A DNA stretch of 64,000 nt from Antedon mediterranea. Taxonomy: Eukaryota > Animalia > Echinodermata. Shown here piece by piece: positions 35,298 to 47,104 of this stretch (position 1 is the first letter of the stretch; every line of letters starts with the position of its first letter). A model generated the notes under the pieces. It worked only from the letters and a program-made list of their open reading frames with translations. It was not told the origin of the DNA and did not search any database. A program made the translations under genes and the position numbers. Location of the stretch: assembly GCF_964355755.1 (NCBI RefSeq), contig NC_092673.1, forward strand, positions 9,982,001 to 10,046,000, in the 5' to 3' direction.

Positions 35298-38200
35298 ATG
35301 GCTACTGCGAATAGTAATATGCCTATAGCCTGCCTGCATTTGATGTGCACGCCGATCTCGCCAGCAGAGCGACGAGGTGGACTGTTGTTATTCTATGGAG
35401 GGTTAGAGTTACAAGATGAATTTGACACCCTGCCAGATGAAGATACTGGTGGTGATGGTGGTACTTACACACAGGCCAAAGAAGCCTTGACAACACATTT
35501 AACCCCAAAAGGTAACATTGATTATGAAACGATAATTTTTCGGAGAAGGAATCAGGAGTCTAGTGAGAAAATTGACCAGTACTGTAGTAGACTGCGTCTA
35601 CAGGCTGTTAAGTGTAATTTCAATGACATTACCAGAGAAATTAAAACACAGATAATTTCAGGATGCAAAGACAGCCGATTTAGAAGGCGTATCCTAGAAA
35701 AGGAAAGAACATTGACACAAATTCTTGATTTGGCACGGTCTGATCCCAATCAGCTGTAAATGCGACAACAGAATCTGTGAATGCGATGAAGTTTACAAAT
35801 CGTAGCCGTCCAAAGAAATATAATGGTACAAAGAATCAAAGTCAGTATAATAAATCTACTTACAAACAAAAGTCAAAACCAGCAGGAAAATCATCAGCAT
35901 GTAGAAAATGCGGTTTGGCATACCCACATGAGGCTGAGTGTCCAGCAAAAGGTAAAATTTGTAATTCATGTGGTAAACAAGATCATTATGCCCGAGTTTG
36001 TTTCACGAAAGGCAAACAACAAGTTAGCAGAGTGGAAGAACAGGTGTGCAGTAGTGGTGCAACAGGTTATACAGATTCATGCAACAGATCCAGAATATGC
36101 TTTTGTTCTCCCAGGACCATCAAATAAGTTACCAACATGTGATATGATAGTCCACTGTAATAACAAGGTACAGATGCGAGCACTTGTAGACACAGGAGCG
36201 TCAATGAACGTGATGGATAGTGTTTCATTTGATAAGATAGTACCCAAGCCAAAAATTGACAAACACAAAACAGAAATCTTTGCATATGGAAAAGCAAATC
36301 CACTGAAAGTAGTAGGAGTTGTTAAACTCAAAATATCCATTGAATCCACACAGAAGTGTATAGAGACTGAGTTTTATATAGTACATGGTAATACAGGAAA
36401 TTTGTTATCATGGAAAACATCTCAAGAACTAGAGCTTGTCAAACTAGCGTGTGGAATTGGTAAGAGTGAAGATAGTGTTCCTCAATGTATCAATGACTAC
36501 CCAGAACTTTTTAGTGGTATTGGTAAAATCAAAGATGTAGAGATCAAGTTACACATCGACACAACAGTACCAACAAAGGAACAAAAACACAGGAGAATAC
36601 CATTTCATGTTTGTGCTGATGTTGATCGAAAGCTGAAGCAATTATTAGAACTTGACATCATAGAGAAAATTGAAGGACCAACACCGTGGGTCAGTCCAAT
36701 CGTTGTGGTACCGAAGAAAAATGGAGTTCGTTTATGCGTTGATATGCGTGAAGCGAACCAAGAGAGAAAAACACCCAATACCAACGTTAGATGAAATTGT
36801 ATCTGATTTGAATGGTGCATCAGTGTTTAGTACATTAGATTTGTCATCTGGATATCATCAAATTTCACTCCATCCTGAAAGCAGATATATTACAACGTTT
36901 AGCACACACGTTGATTTGTTTCGTTACAAACGGTTGATGTTTGGCGTGAATTCTGCCCCTGAATTATTTGCAGCTGCAGTAAGAAATTTATTGATCGGGT
37001 TAAATGGATGCAGAAACATATCTGACGACATAATTATTTTTGGAAGGACAAAACAAGAACATGACCAAAGGTTAAGTTTTACGGACATACATTCAGTAGT
37101 GACGGATTAGCTGCTGATACACAGAAGATAGAAAGTCTCAAGAATGCTCCACGACCACAGTCGGCAAGTGAAGTAAAGTCCTTGTTAGGTATGGCTCAGT
37201 ACTTGTCACGGTTCATCTACAATTACGCTTCGATTACAACACCATTGCGAAAGCTTACTCATAAAAATAGCCAATGGAAATGGACAAGTGTTGAAGAACA
37301 ATCATTTAAAGATCTAAAGAAAGCTTTAATTAGTTCTGATGTAATAACTTACTTTGACATTAACAAGAGAACAAATATTCTAGTAGATGCAAGCCCTGTA
37401 GGCCTGTCAGCTATTATGTGCCAAGATGGTAAAGTGATAGGATATGGAAGCAGAGCATTATCCGATGTTGAAACGAGATACTCACAAACCGAGAGGGAAA
37501 TGTTAGCTGTTGTATACGGTGCTGAACATTTCCATTTGTAAGTATATGGTGCAAAGTTCAAGATAACAACGGATCACAAGCCATTACTAGGAATCTTAAT
37601 GCCATATGATTGTGAAGTGATCTATAGACCAGGTATTGACAACCCTGCAGATTACTTGAGCAGATATCCTACTTCAACAGATACACAGACAGAAGTTAGT
37701 CAAGATCTTAATATGATAGGAAGTTATGTAAACTATGTTGTACAGAACAGTGTTCCAAAGGCAATGACCAAACAAGAAATTGAAATAGAGAGTGATCGTG
37801 ATGAAACATTCAAGAAGTTGAGGAAAGCTGTTGAAAGTGGAAAGGATAAAGATTGGAAACATCCTTTGTTGGAACCATTTAAATTGGTAAGAGTGAAGAT
37901 AGTGTTCCTCAATGTATCAATGACTACCCAGAACTTTTTAGTGGTATTGGTAAAATCAAAGATGTAGAGATCAAGTTACACATCGACACAACAGTACCAA
38001 CAAAGGAACAAAAACACAGGAGAATACCATTTCATGTTTGTGCTGATGTTGATCGAAAGCTGAAGCGATTATTAGAACTTGACATCATAGAGAAAATTGA
38101 AGGACCAACACCGTGGGTCAGTCCAATCGTTGTGGTACCGAAGAAAAATGGAGTTCGTTTATGCGTTGATATGCGTGAAGCGAACCAAGAGAGAAAAACA

Positions 38201-40448
38201 CCCAATACCAACGTTAGATGAAATTGTATCTGATTTGAATGGTGCATCAGTGTTTAGCACATTAGATTTGTCATCTGGATATCATCAAATTTCACTCCAT
38301 CCTGAAAGCAGATATATTACAACGTTTAGCACACACGTTGGTTTGTTTCGTTACAAACGGTTGATGTTTGGCGTGAATTCTGCCCCTGAATTATTTGCAG
38401 CTGCAGTAAGAAATTTATTGATCGGGTTAAATGGATGCAGAAACATATCTGACGACATAATTATTTTTGGAAGGACAAAACAAGAACATGACCAAAGGTT
38501 AAGTTTTACGGACATACATTCAGTAGTGACGGATTAGCTGCTGATACACAGAAGATAGAAAGTCTCAAGAATGCTCCACGACCACAGTCGGCAAGTGAAG
38601 TAAAGTCCTTGTTAGGTATGGCTCAGTACTTGTCACGGTTCATCTACAATTACGCTTCGATTACAACACCATTGCGAAAGCTTACTCATAAAAATAGCCA
38701 ATGGAAATGGACAAGTGTTGAAGAACAATCATTTAAAGATCTAAAGAAAGCTTTAATTAGTTCTGATGTAATAACTTACTTTGACATTAACAAGAGAACA
38801 AATATTCTAGTAGATGCAAGCCCTGTAGGCCTGTCAGCTATTATGTGCCAAGATGGTAAAGTGATAGGATATGGAAGCAGAGCATTATCCGATGTTGAAA
38901 CGAGATACTCACAAACCGAGAGGGAAATGTTAGCTGTTGTATACGGTGCTGAACATTTCCATTTGTAAGTATATGGTGCAAAGTTCAAGATAACAACGGA
39001 TCACAAGCCATTACTAGGAATCTTAATGCCATATGATTGTGAAGTGATCTATAGACCAGGTATTGACAACCCTGCAGATTACTTGAGCAGATATCCTACT
39101 TCAACAGATACACAGACAGAAGTTAGTCAAGATCTTAATATGATAGGAAGTTATGTAAACTATGTTGTACAGAACAGTGTTCCAAAGGCAATGACCAAAC
39201 AAGAAATTGAAATAGAGAGTGATCGTGATGAAACATTCAAGAAGTTGAGGAAAGCTGTTGAAAGTGGAAAGGATAAAGATTGGAAACATCCTTTGTTGGA
39301 ACCATTTAAAAATGTGAAAGATGAAATAGCAGTAATAGACAAAATCATATTACGAAGATATCAGATAGTTTTACCAGAGACATTGAGAGGAAAAGCTGTA
39401 GAATTGGCTCATGTAGGACACCAAGGGATCGTAAAGACTAAAGCATTGATACGTGAAAAAGTGTGGTTCCCTGGAATAGATAAAATGTTAGAACGACAGG
39501 TTAGAAAATGCCTAGCATGTCAAGCGACTGTATCTACGAATGCAGAGAAACCAGAACCATTGAAGATGACAGAATTACCAACATTACCATGAACTGAAGT
39601 GGCAGTTGATTTTAAAGGACCAATGCCAAATGGAAAATAATTGCTTGTTGTATATGATATGTATAGCAGATTTCCAGAAGTCGAGATAGTTAAGTCGACA
39701 TCAGCGAAAGCAACTATTCCGAAATTAGATGCGATATTCGCAAGACCATACTAATATAGTATTGTCAGATAATGGACCTCCATTTAACAGTCATGAGTTC
39801 GAGCAATTTGCAACATACTAAGGGTTTAAACATCGAAGAACGACTCCATTATGGCCGATATCAAATGGGGAAGTTGAAAGATTCAATGGGACATTAACCA
39901 AAGTTCTTCAAACTGCAAGTGTTGAGGGAAGAAATCCGCATCAAGCATTATATGAATTCCTCAGGCAGTATCGAGCAACCCCACATTCAACCACAGGAAA
40001 AAGTCCAGCTGAACTAGTATATGGAAGAAAAATAAAAATATGTTTTCCATCACTGACTAAAGTAGACGAGAATGATGTAGAAGTTGCAAACAAAGATAAA
40101 GAACAGAAGAAGAAAATGAAAGATAGCGGAGATATGTATTTGCATACAAAAGAAAGCGATTTGAAAGTTGGAGACAAAGTGAATATGTTAACAACCCCGT
40201 TTGACCCAGATCCGTATATTGTAAGTTGGAGAAAAGGAAATGCTATAATTGCAGACAGGAATGGTGTCAAAATTAGAAGGAACATTTCTCATTTCAAGAA
40301 AATAAACATTTTTAATGATTATGAGTCAGACGTCGATGATGATATAGTAGAAAGACCCCAAGATGTAAATGATCAACAAGAACCAAGACGACCACAAAGG
40401 AATCGACGAATGCCCGCAAGATATAATGATTTTGTGTTGGACCAATAA
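35298..40448 (+). pseudogene. Gypsy 4 gag-pol with multiple frameshifts, stops and deletions
   Basis: Two zinc knuckles (CRKCG..H..C, CNSCGKQDH..VC); LVDTGAS; LDLSSGYHQ, ISDD; VDASPVG; HVGHQG; SDNGPPF. Confidence 0.9.
36455..39310 (+). repeat. 1427-bp tandem duplication of RT-RNase H
   Basis: 36455-37883 repeated at 37882-39310; about 3 substitutions seen. Confidence 0.93.
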
Positions 40449-42448
40449 GTTTGAAAATAATGGAAACAAAGGATATGAACATTGTTGAGTTGATTCACAT
40501 TTTGTTGAACATTTAAATTTGATTTTGAGCAAAGTTATTGATTTCGAATTATTGGATATAGAACATTGATTATATTTGTGACAAGAGACATTGATAAACA
40601 GTAAAAGACAATTGGAACATTTCTGAGAATTTAATTAGTAAACAATAATATATCTTGATTTATTGACACATGCAATTGATTGAGAATTACTGTACTTATA
40701 AAAAAAAAATATATACATTAATAAGAAGCATAACAATCAGAATATTAATAATTAAAATAAGCTAGTCAATATGATAAAAGTTAATAGTTAAAATGTTAGT
40801 TAATATTCAGTGTTGTATTTGATAGTTGTAGAACTTATCTAAAGTAAGGAGGAAATGTAATAATGTAGTTGCTGCCCTCTATGTAGAAAAAGCGTGTGCA
40901 ACATGGACGATGTGAATGAAGTATAATATGGAAGAGTGATAAACATTACAAGTAAGATTCTAGTTTTTCCAACTAAAATAGAGAGCAACATATAATATAC
41001 AATATGGTAAGCGTTCACTATACCTTAAACAGACTTAAACACTGTATGCTTAGCACTAATAGAGTAGTACAGTACAATAAAATTAAATATCATTCATTTC
41101 TTACAAAATGGGTTATCTGTTACATAATTGGTTAAACTAATTATCTCGACTGCATTCATGCAATACTGTAGCTACAAATCATGGAACCTTCCAGTGCTTA
41201 ACAAAATAACAATAAGGGGTAATAATAAAACTAAACTACAACAGCAAAAGTATAAATCTTTCTAACATATACTATCCATCCATAGGGTCATTTATCTTTT
41301 TCCTAAATAATCTCCTCTTGCTTGATTGCACTCAAGCAACAATACTACCATTGTAATAGCACAATGGAAAATTAAAAGATAAACTAGTAAATCACACAGT
41401 ACAGTCTAAATACTAAAACAACTAAAACAATTCAATACAAAACTTAATTAAAAGGTATTAGATCAGGCATCAGGTATCACTCACCTAAAATAGAGAGCCA
41501 ATATCCTCATTGAGTGTAATAAAAATAACTTCAAAACTTTAAGTGTACAAACTGTACAACGTGTAAATATCACAATCTTCTTTAACTTGAATTGTACTTT
41601 AAACTTAGTACTCTTTTAGTATACCGTATATAATATATATGTCTTTCAGTACTTTCAAATAGGTTCTCGAACTCAACGTTGTTCGAAATGTAAAAGTATA
41701 TAAAGTTGAAATTTAATTAAAGTTGGAGTGTCCAGCACGTCCGATGGCAAGAGGCAAAGAGAAAGAAATCTCCCAAAACATACCCTAATGTCATCCAAAA
41801 TTGTCAAACAAGGTTGAATAGGGCATGGAGGTCCTCCATGAATAGGAAGGTTCAAAGACTTTTGAGTAAATAATCTAGGGCGTACTGAAGGGATCAATGA
41901 TATATGTAAATAAACAAACACTCAAAAGAATTATGTTTACAGTTATTGTAATAATAATAGTTTATTCTTATTTGCCTAACTTTATTTTTTAGTCTAGGAC
42001 AAAAATCTAGATGCTTAGAAATCAAGTTAGGGGGATCGGTGAAATGTTAGAGGCTGTCAACATAGCCAGATATCCTAATTAAACCCTTCTGATCACTCTA
42101 ATCCCTGTTGACACTTAATTTTTTGCCTCCAGATTTGCGATTTCATGAACAGATAAATTAGGTAACCATTTTGAAAAATGTTAGCTACTGTGCATTTAAT
42201 TTAAAAAATTAAATTAATTAATTAAACTATTTAAATTTATTTATTATAGATTTAATGGATTCCTTGCCTGAAAAAAACATGTGTTTAGACACCAAGATCG
42301 TGCATATACCTTATTTAGATCCGATTTTATGCACATTTCTATAAAATTAGCGGCCATTTTTCAAAATTAATTCTGAGCATTAATTGTGTTAAAAATACAA
42401 ATTTGTTAGAAGTTATCTTGAGAACTGATTACATTAAACAGCAATACG

Positions 42449-42905
42449 AGGCAAAAACTGAAGTGTCAACAAGGCCTAATGGATTCCGTGTCTGAAGTAC
42501 ATGTGTTTAGACACCAAGATTGTTTATCTACCTTTATTTAGATCTGATTTTATCCACATTTTATATAAAAATGGCGGCCATTTTGAAAAATGGTGGCCAT
42601 TTTAATACGAGGCAAAAACTGAAGTGTCAACAAGGCCTAATGGATTCCGTGTCTGAAGTACATGTGTTTAGACACCAAGATTGTGTATCTACCAATATTT
42701 AGATCTGATTTTATCCACATTTTATATAAAAATGGTGGCCATTTTGAAAAATGGCTGCCATTTTAATACGAGGCAAAAACTGAAGTGTCAACAAGGCCTA
42801 GTGGATTCCGTGTCTGAAGTACATGTGTTTAGACACCAAGATTGTGTATCTACCTTATTTAGATCTGATTTTATCCACATTTTATACAAAACTGGCGGCC
42901 ATTTT
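42449..42905. repeat. Tandem repeat of about 161 bp (3 units) inside the Academ-like element
   Basis: GAGGCAAAAACTGAAGTGTCAACAAGG at 42449, 42609 and 42770. Confidence 0.88.
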
Positions 42906-44170
42906 GAGTGAGTGAGTGGCCGAGCGGTTAATATAATAATAAATGAAAACTTATATAGCGCCGGTATCCTCCACCCATGTGGCGCTCATGGCGCTTTGTG
43001 CATTAACAACGTGCGAGAACATCAGCGAATAGCGACGTCTTTAGGTTGGTCTTGAAACTGTTTAGACTAGTTGAGCATTTAACTGTTGCTGGTAAGCTGT
43101 TGCATACACTTGCGGCCGCAACGTAAAAAGATCTCTGACCCCACTGATTTTTCGCTCTACGCTCTTGAAGAAGGTTTTGTGACAATGATCGTAGGCCTCT
43201 GCGGGATGATTCGTAACGATCCACAAGGTCAGATAAATAAGCAGGAGCACTGTCATTTAGGATCTTGAATACAAACAACGCAAGTTTGTACTTAATACGT
43301 TGTTGAACAGGCAACCAATGCAAATCCATCAGGACAGGAGTTATGTGAGCGTTTGATTTTGTATAAGTTACAATTCTAGCTGCCATATTTTGCAAGCGCT
43401 GCAAACGTTGTATTTGAGATTTTGGTATGCCAAACAACAAGGCATTACCAATGTCAATTTTAGAAGTGACAAATGAGTGTACAATCAATTCAGCTGTTTT
43501 CTTGTTAAGATTACCGCGAATACGACCAAGGTTCCTAATCGATATGCATGCTGCTTTGGATACAGTTGTTATTTGTGCTTCCATAGTGAGATTACTATCC
43601 AGCATGATTCCCAGATTCCGGACCACCGATGAGGGAGCGATGTTAGAGTTTCCGATTCTGATATGTGTGATGTTGATTTTGGAGATGTTACATTTAGACC
43701 CGACGATAATAAACTCTGTCTTTCCATCATTCAACTTTAGGTAATTTGTTGTCATCCAATTGCGAACATCTTCTATACAGGCTTCCATCTTACTGATTGC
43801 TGCAGCAACATCCCTTTGCACTGGATTTACTGAAGACAGTGGAACCGTAATTAAGTAGCCATAACATCGGCAAGGGTTTGAGGCTCACTCGCTCCATGGT
43901 TCTGGTGGTAGAACGAGTCTTCTCGGATAAGGACTATAAACCGTAGGTCCAGTGTACACAGCTCATGCGCACTTTAAAGAACCTAGTACATCTTTTGAGA
44001 CGAGTAGGGGGTTACCCCGGTGTACTGGTCCACACAAACACAGCCACTGTCACACACAGCCACTGTGCAAATTGGGACTGGGCCGTTTTAGAGGTGTTTA
44101 CCACCTGTTGGTCCAGATCCTTCACTAACTGAGTTAGTGAGAAGTCGAATAAATAAAAAAATAAAAAAAT
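42906..44170 (+). mobile_element. tRNA-derived SINE with Deu/Nin core, split by an L2 insertion
   Basis: A-box AGTGGCCGAGCGG; B-box-like GGTTTGAGGC; core CGGATAAGGACTATAAACCGTAGGTCC..TTAAAGAACC..GAGTAGGGGGTTACCCCGGTG; A-rich tail. Confidence 0.8.
42931..43833 (-). mobile_element. 5'-truncated L2 LINE
   Basis: Reverse complement nearly identical to 49021-49915; HITPVLMDLHWLPV motif; GCGCTATATAAG..(TTA)n tail. Confidence 0.93.
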
Positions 44171-45197
44171 AATTTCAAGACGAGGCAAAAAATTAAGTGT
44201 CAACAGGGCTTAGAGTGATCAGAAGGGTTTAATTAGGATATCTGGCTATGTTGACAGCCTCTAACATTCCACTCCCCCTAACTCATTTTTTTCACATTTT
44301 TTGCCTAGACTATTTTTCCCCGGCACCTTTGTTTGCTGACGTAGTGTACGCGATGATGTGCCGACGAACACAAAATCAGGGGGGCCCGGCCCCCCGCTGG
44401 ATACGCAACTGGTTAAAATAGTTACATAATTACGTTTTTTAGTAATTTATTTTATATATCACCATTGGAAATATCAATAACACATGTTATTAACTGTTTA
44501 TAAAATATATAAAGTTGTTTACTTAACGGAATTCGGACAAATTCATTGCTCTAAATTTGTGTAGTAACGATCAGAAAGACCATGCGACATGGTACCACGT
44601 CACGCGCGAGGGAAAACATTCCGCTGCGGGTGATTCGCATTCACCAATCAAATCAGCCTGAATCCAAAATCATTCAACCGTGAGCAATGCCGATCACAGG
44701 AAAGCTTAAATTTGATTGACTTACGATGACATCATCCACAAAATACTGTTCCAAAATTAAAATACAAGGATATTTTTTATGATATGTGTGCTTTTTCTTT
44801 AAAAAAATTTGAATAATAAAGACCTCATATCGCTAGCGCTAGATGATAAGATATTTTAACCACATTGTTTACGTGTTTGGTTACCTGGATGTAATGAAAA
44901 TAAAAAATAGTTGATCTGAAGGGAATGATATGATTATGTTTACTAGTTTGAAAAATATAGTTACTAATTAGACATGATATAGACATGATTATAACTACTA
45001 CCTTTATATTTACACAATAAAAATTGTACCCATAGTTTCTATCAAACAATTTGAAAAAAAATCTGCAGAGTAAAACAATAATGGTTAACTTTTTAAAATA
45101 AAAACTCAAGTTTTGTGCGCGTATTCGTATACAGCACAAATACAATACAATAACAAAAACTTATATGCATGCTTTATGTGACATATTGAACAACTCT

Positions 45198-45477
45198 TTA
45201 GTTTAATTTAATCTTGCGTTGTCGCATCTCTGCAAAAGTTTGTATAGCGTGGTCAAAGCTGATAGATTTTGCGACTTTTCTTTCTATTGATAGAATAGCT
45301 AGTCCAGAAAGCCGGTCCTGTCCCATAGTAGATCGCCTGTAATCTTTGATGAGCTTTAGCTTTGAAAAGCTCCGTTCCGTCTCTACCGAAGTAGCGGGTA
45401 TGGTACAAAATATTGCATATAGCCTGTACAACGTATTTCGCTAATTCAACTAATTCAAGAAAGTTCCCTCTGTTTAA
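45198..45477 (-). pseudogene. hAT transposase (ZMYM/DUF4371 type), 3' piece with internal deletion
   Basis: NRGNFLELV..AKY joined directly to the hATC dimerisation motif TIPATSVETERSFSKLKLIK..RSTMGQDRLSGLAILSIE. Confidence 0.85.
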
Positions 45478-47104
45478 TTAGGTGATCATTTAGAATAAAA
45501 TGATCACCTATTGTTATTGTATGAAATCTTTATTCTTATTCTTATTAGTTATCCGCTTAGTAGCGGATAACTCCTTGTAACTGTATGAAATCATCTTTTT
45601 TTTTTTTTTTTCTGTATTATTCTTTCATTCTGTCAATTTTGTGTCTCGCGTATCTCAAAAACTTGTAAACAAAACATTTTATAACTTTGTCAACATGTGG
45701 GCATTCACGCGAAATTGTGCACCTCCTATTGTGAATGACGTCAGAATTGCGCAACGTGATTTACGCGCGTTTTAACGAATTTCGCGTATTTAACATAGAT
45801 CGAAAACCATATAGCAATTTAAATTGAAACTTAACAAAAGTTTAATTTATATCTTGCGCTAACTGACTGTGGAAAAAAAATGGCATGTTTCACACAAAGT
45901 TACGCGCGCACGGGCGTTTAAAATTTCAAAATGCGAAAAATCAATTTCTAATCAACTTTCTACGCGTTTCATGTCATTTTCAGCATGTCAAAAATTCCCA
46001 CGCGCGCGCATATTTTTACTCGCACGGTGCGCACGTAGCGTTGAAAATAAAATTTTTTCGCGTGATTCATGTTTTTCCAGCCTTTTCTAGTAATTTTACC
46101 AACTTTTGAACAAATTTTACCTAAAATTACGTCATACGGGCACATCCAATTGGATAATTTACGTGCGTTTTTGATGAAAAAGTTCAAAAATTTGTCAAAA
46201 TTCGTCAAAATTATGCCTTTTTTTAAACATTCATAGATTTTAAACTACGAGGTGAACTTTTTTTTAATTATATATTCTGGAAGTTGATGAGTTGTAGATA
46301 TAGAATCATGCATTAATATGGTTAATAGGACATTATAACGTCATCGTATGGCCACACGAATATAAAATATAGGATTTTTATATCTTTCGTCATAGCGCAT
46401 CACATTTAATAGAGCGCATCTTCACTTATCCGTTTTTTATTTGCACCCCGATTTTGATATTGTCTAGGTGAATGAACTCTCTTTCGCATGAGTTAAAAAT
46501 ATTGTAATTTTTATGACGTCATCATGTCGAAAATTGGAAATAACGTGGGTCATTTATTTTCATCTTTACAGTTCATCAGAATAAAAAGTGATAATCATGA
46601 TTAAAACGTTTTCTGGAAGCTATGGGATTGTAGATACGAATTCAAGTGAACATTTTGCCAATCGGATGTTGTGACGTCATCATATGGCCAGTTGAATAAA
46701 AAAAGGCGTATTTTCATATTTTGCGTAATAGTTCATCACATTTAAAAGGGCGCGCATCTATATTTTACGTATTCAAATTTCTTCTACACGTTAATATATG
46801 GTTGCTGAGATAATGTCCTTCCGAAATTGCTATCTTAGTGTTTCATTTTGATACAGTCGCCATGTTAAAAACTAGACATGTAACTCGTCACTTTGACGAG
46901 TTTGGTTATCCGCCGCGCAAGTGGTGCAACATTAACATTAAGGGGATAGGTTGAGGACAAAAGGAAGTGTTCACGTTGGCATTATGACCTGAACTGAAGA
47001 ATATGATATGTTGTTATTGCTGAATTTTATTATTTAAATTCATATATAGTATACACAGTATAATCTGTATCCATATCACATACAGTGTAGAATAGGTGAA
47101 ATTA

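Larger units (their letters stand above)
35104..40950 (+). mobile_element. Gypsy LTR retrotransposon 4 (Mag-like) with very short LTRs and an internal duplication
   Basis: LTRs 35104-35195 (92 bp) and 40856-40950 (95 bp); 5-bp TSD AGTAA; tRNA-Ser PBS TGGCGACGAGGAT; PPT AAAGTAAGGAGGAAA. Confidence 0.95.
41990..44312. mobile_element. Academ-like non-autonomous transposon with TIRs of about 135 bp
   Basis: TAGTCTAGG..TTTTTTGCCTC / GAGGCAAAAAA..CCTAGACTA; TAG..CTA ends; T-run TSD. Confidence 0.7.

Noticed and set aside
40449-40855. env-like ORF in Gypsy 4
   Set aside because: AT-rich 3' UTR with no suitable ORF
42906-43885. tRNA gene
   Set aside because: A and B boxes belong to a SINE head followed by a Deu core; no cloverleaf evident
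33778-44411. hAT-like TIR pair CAGTGGCGTATCCAG / CTGGATACGCAACTG as one 10.6-kb element
   Set aside because: 8-bp flanks (CTAAAAAA vs GTTAAAAT) do not form a convincing TSD; they may be ends of separate copies
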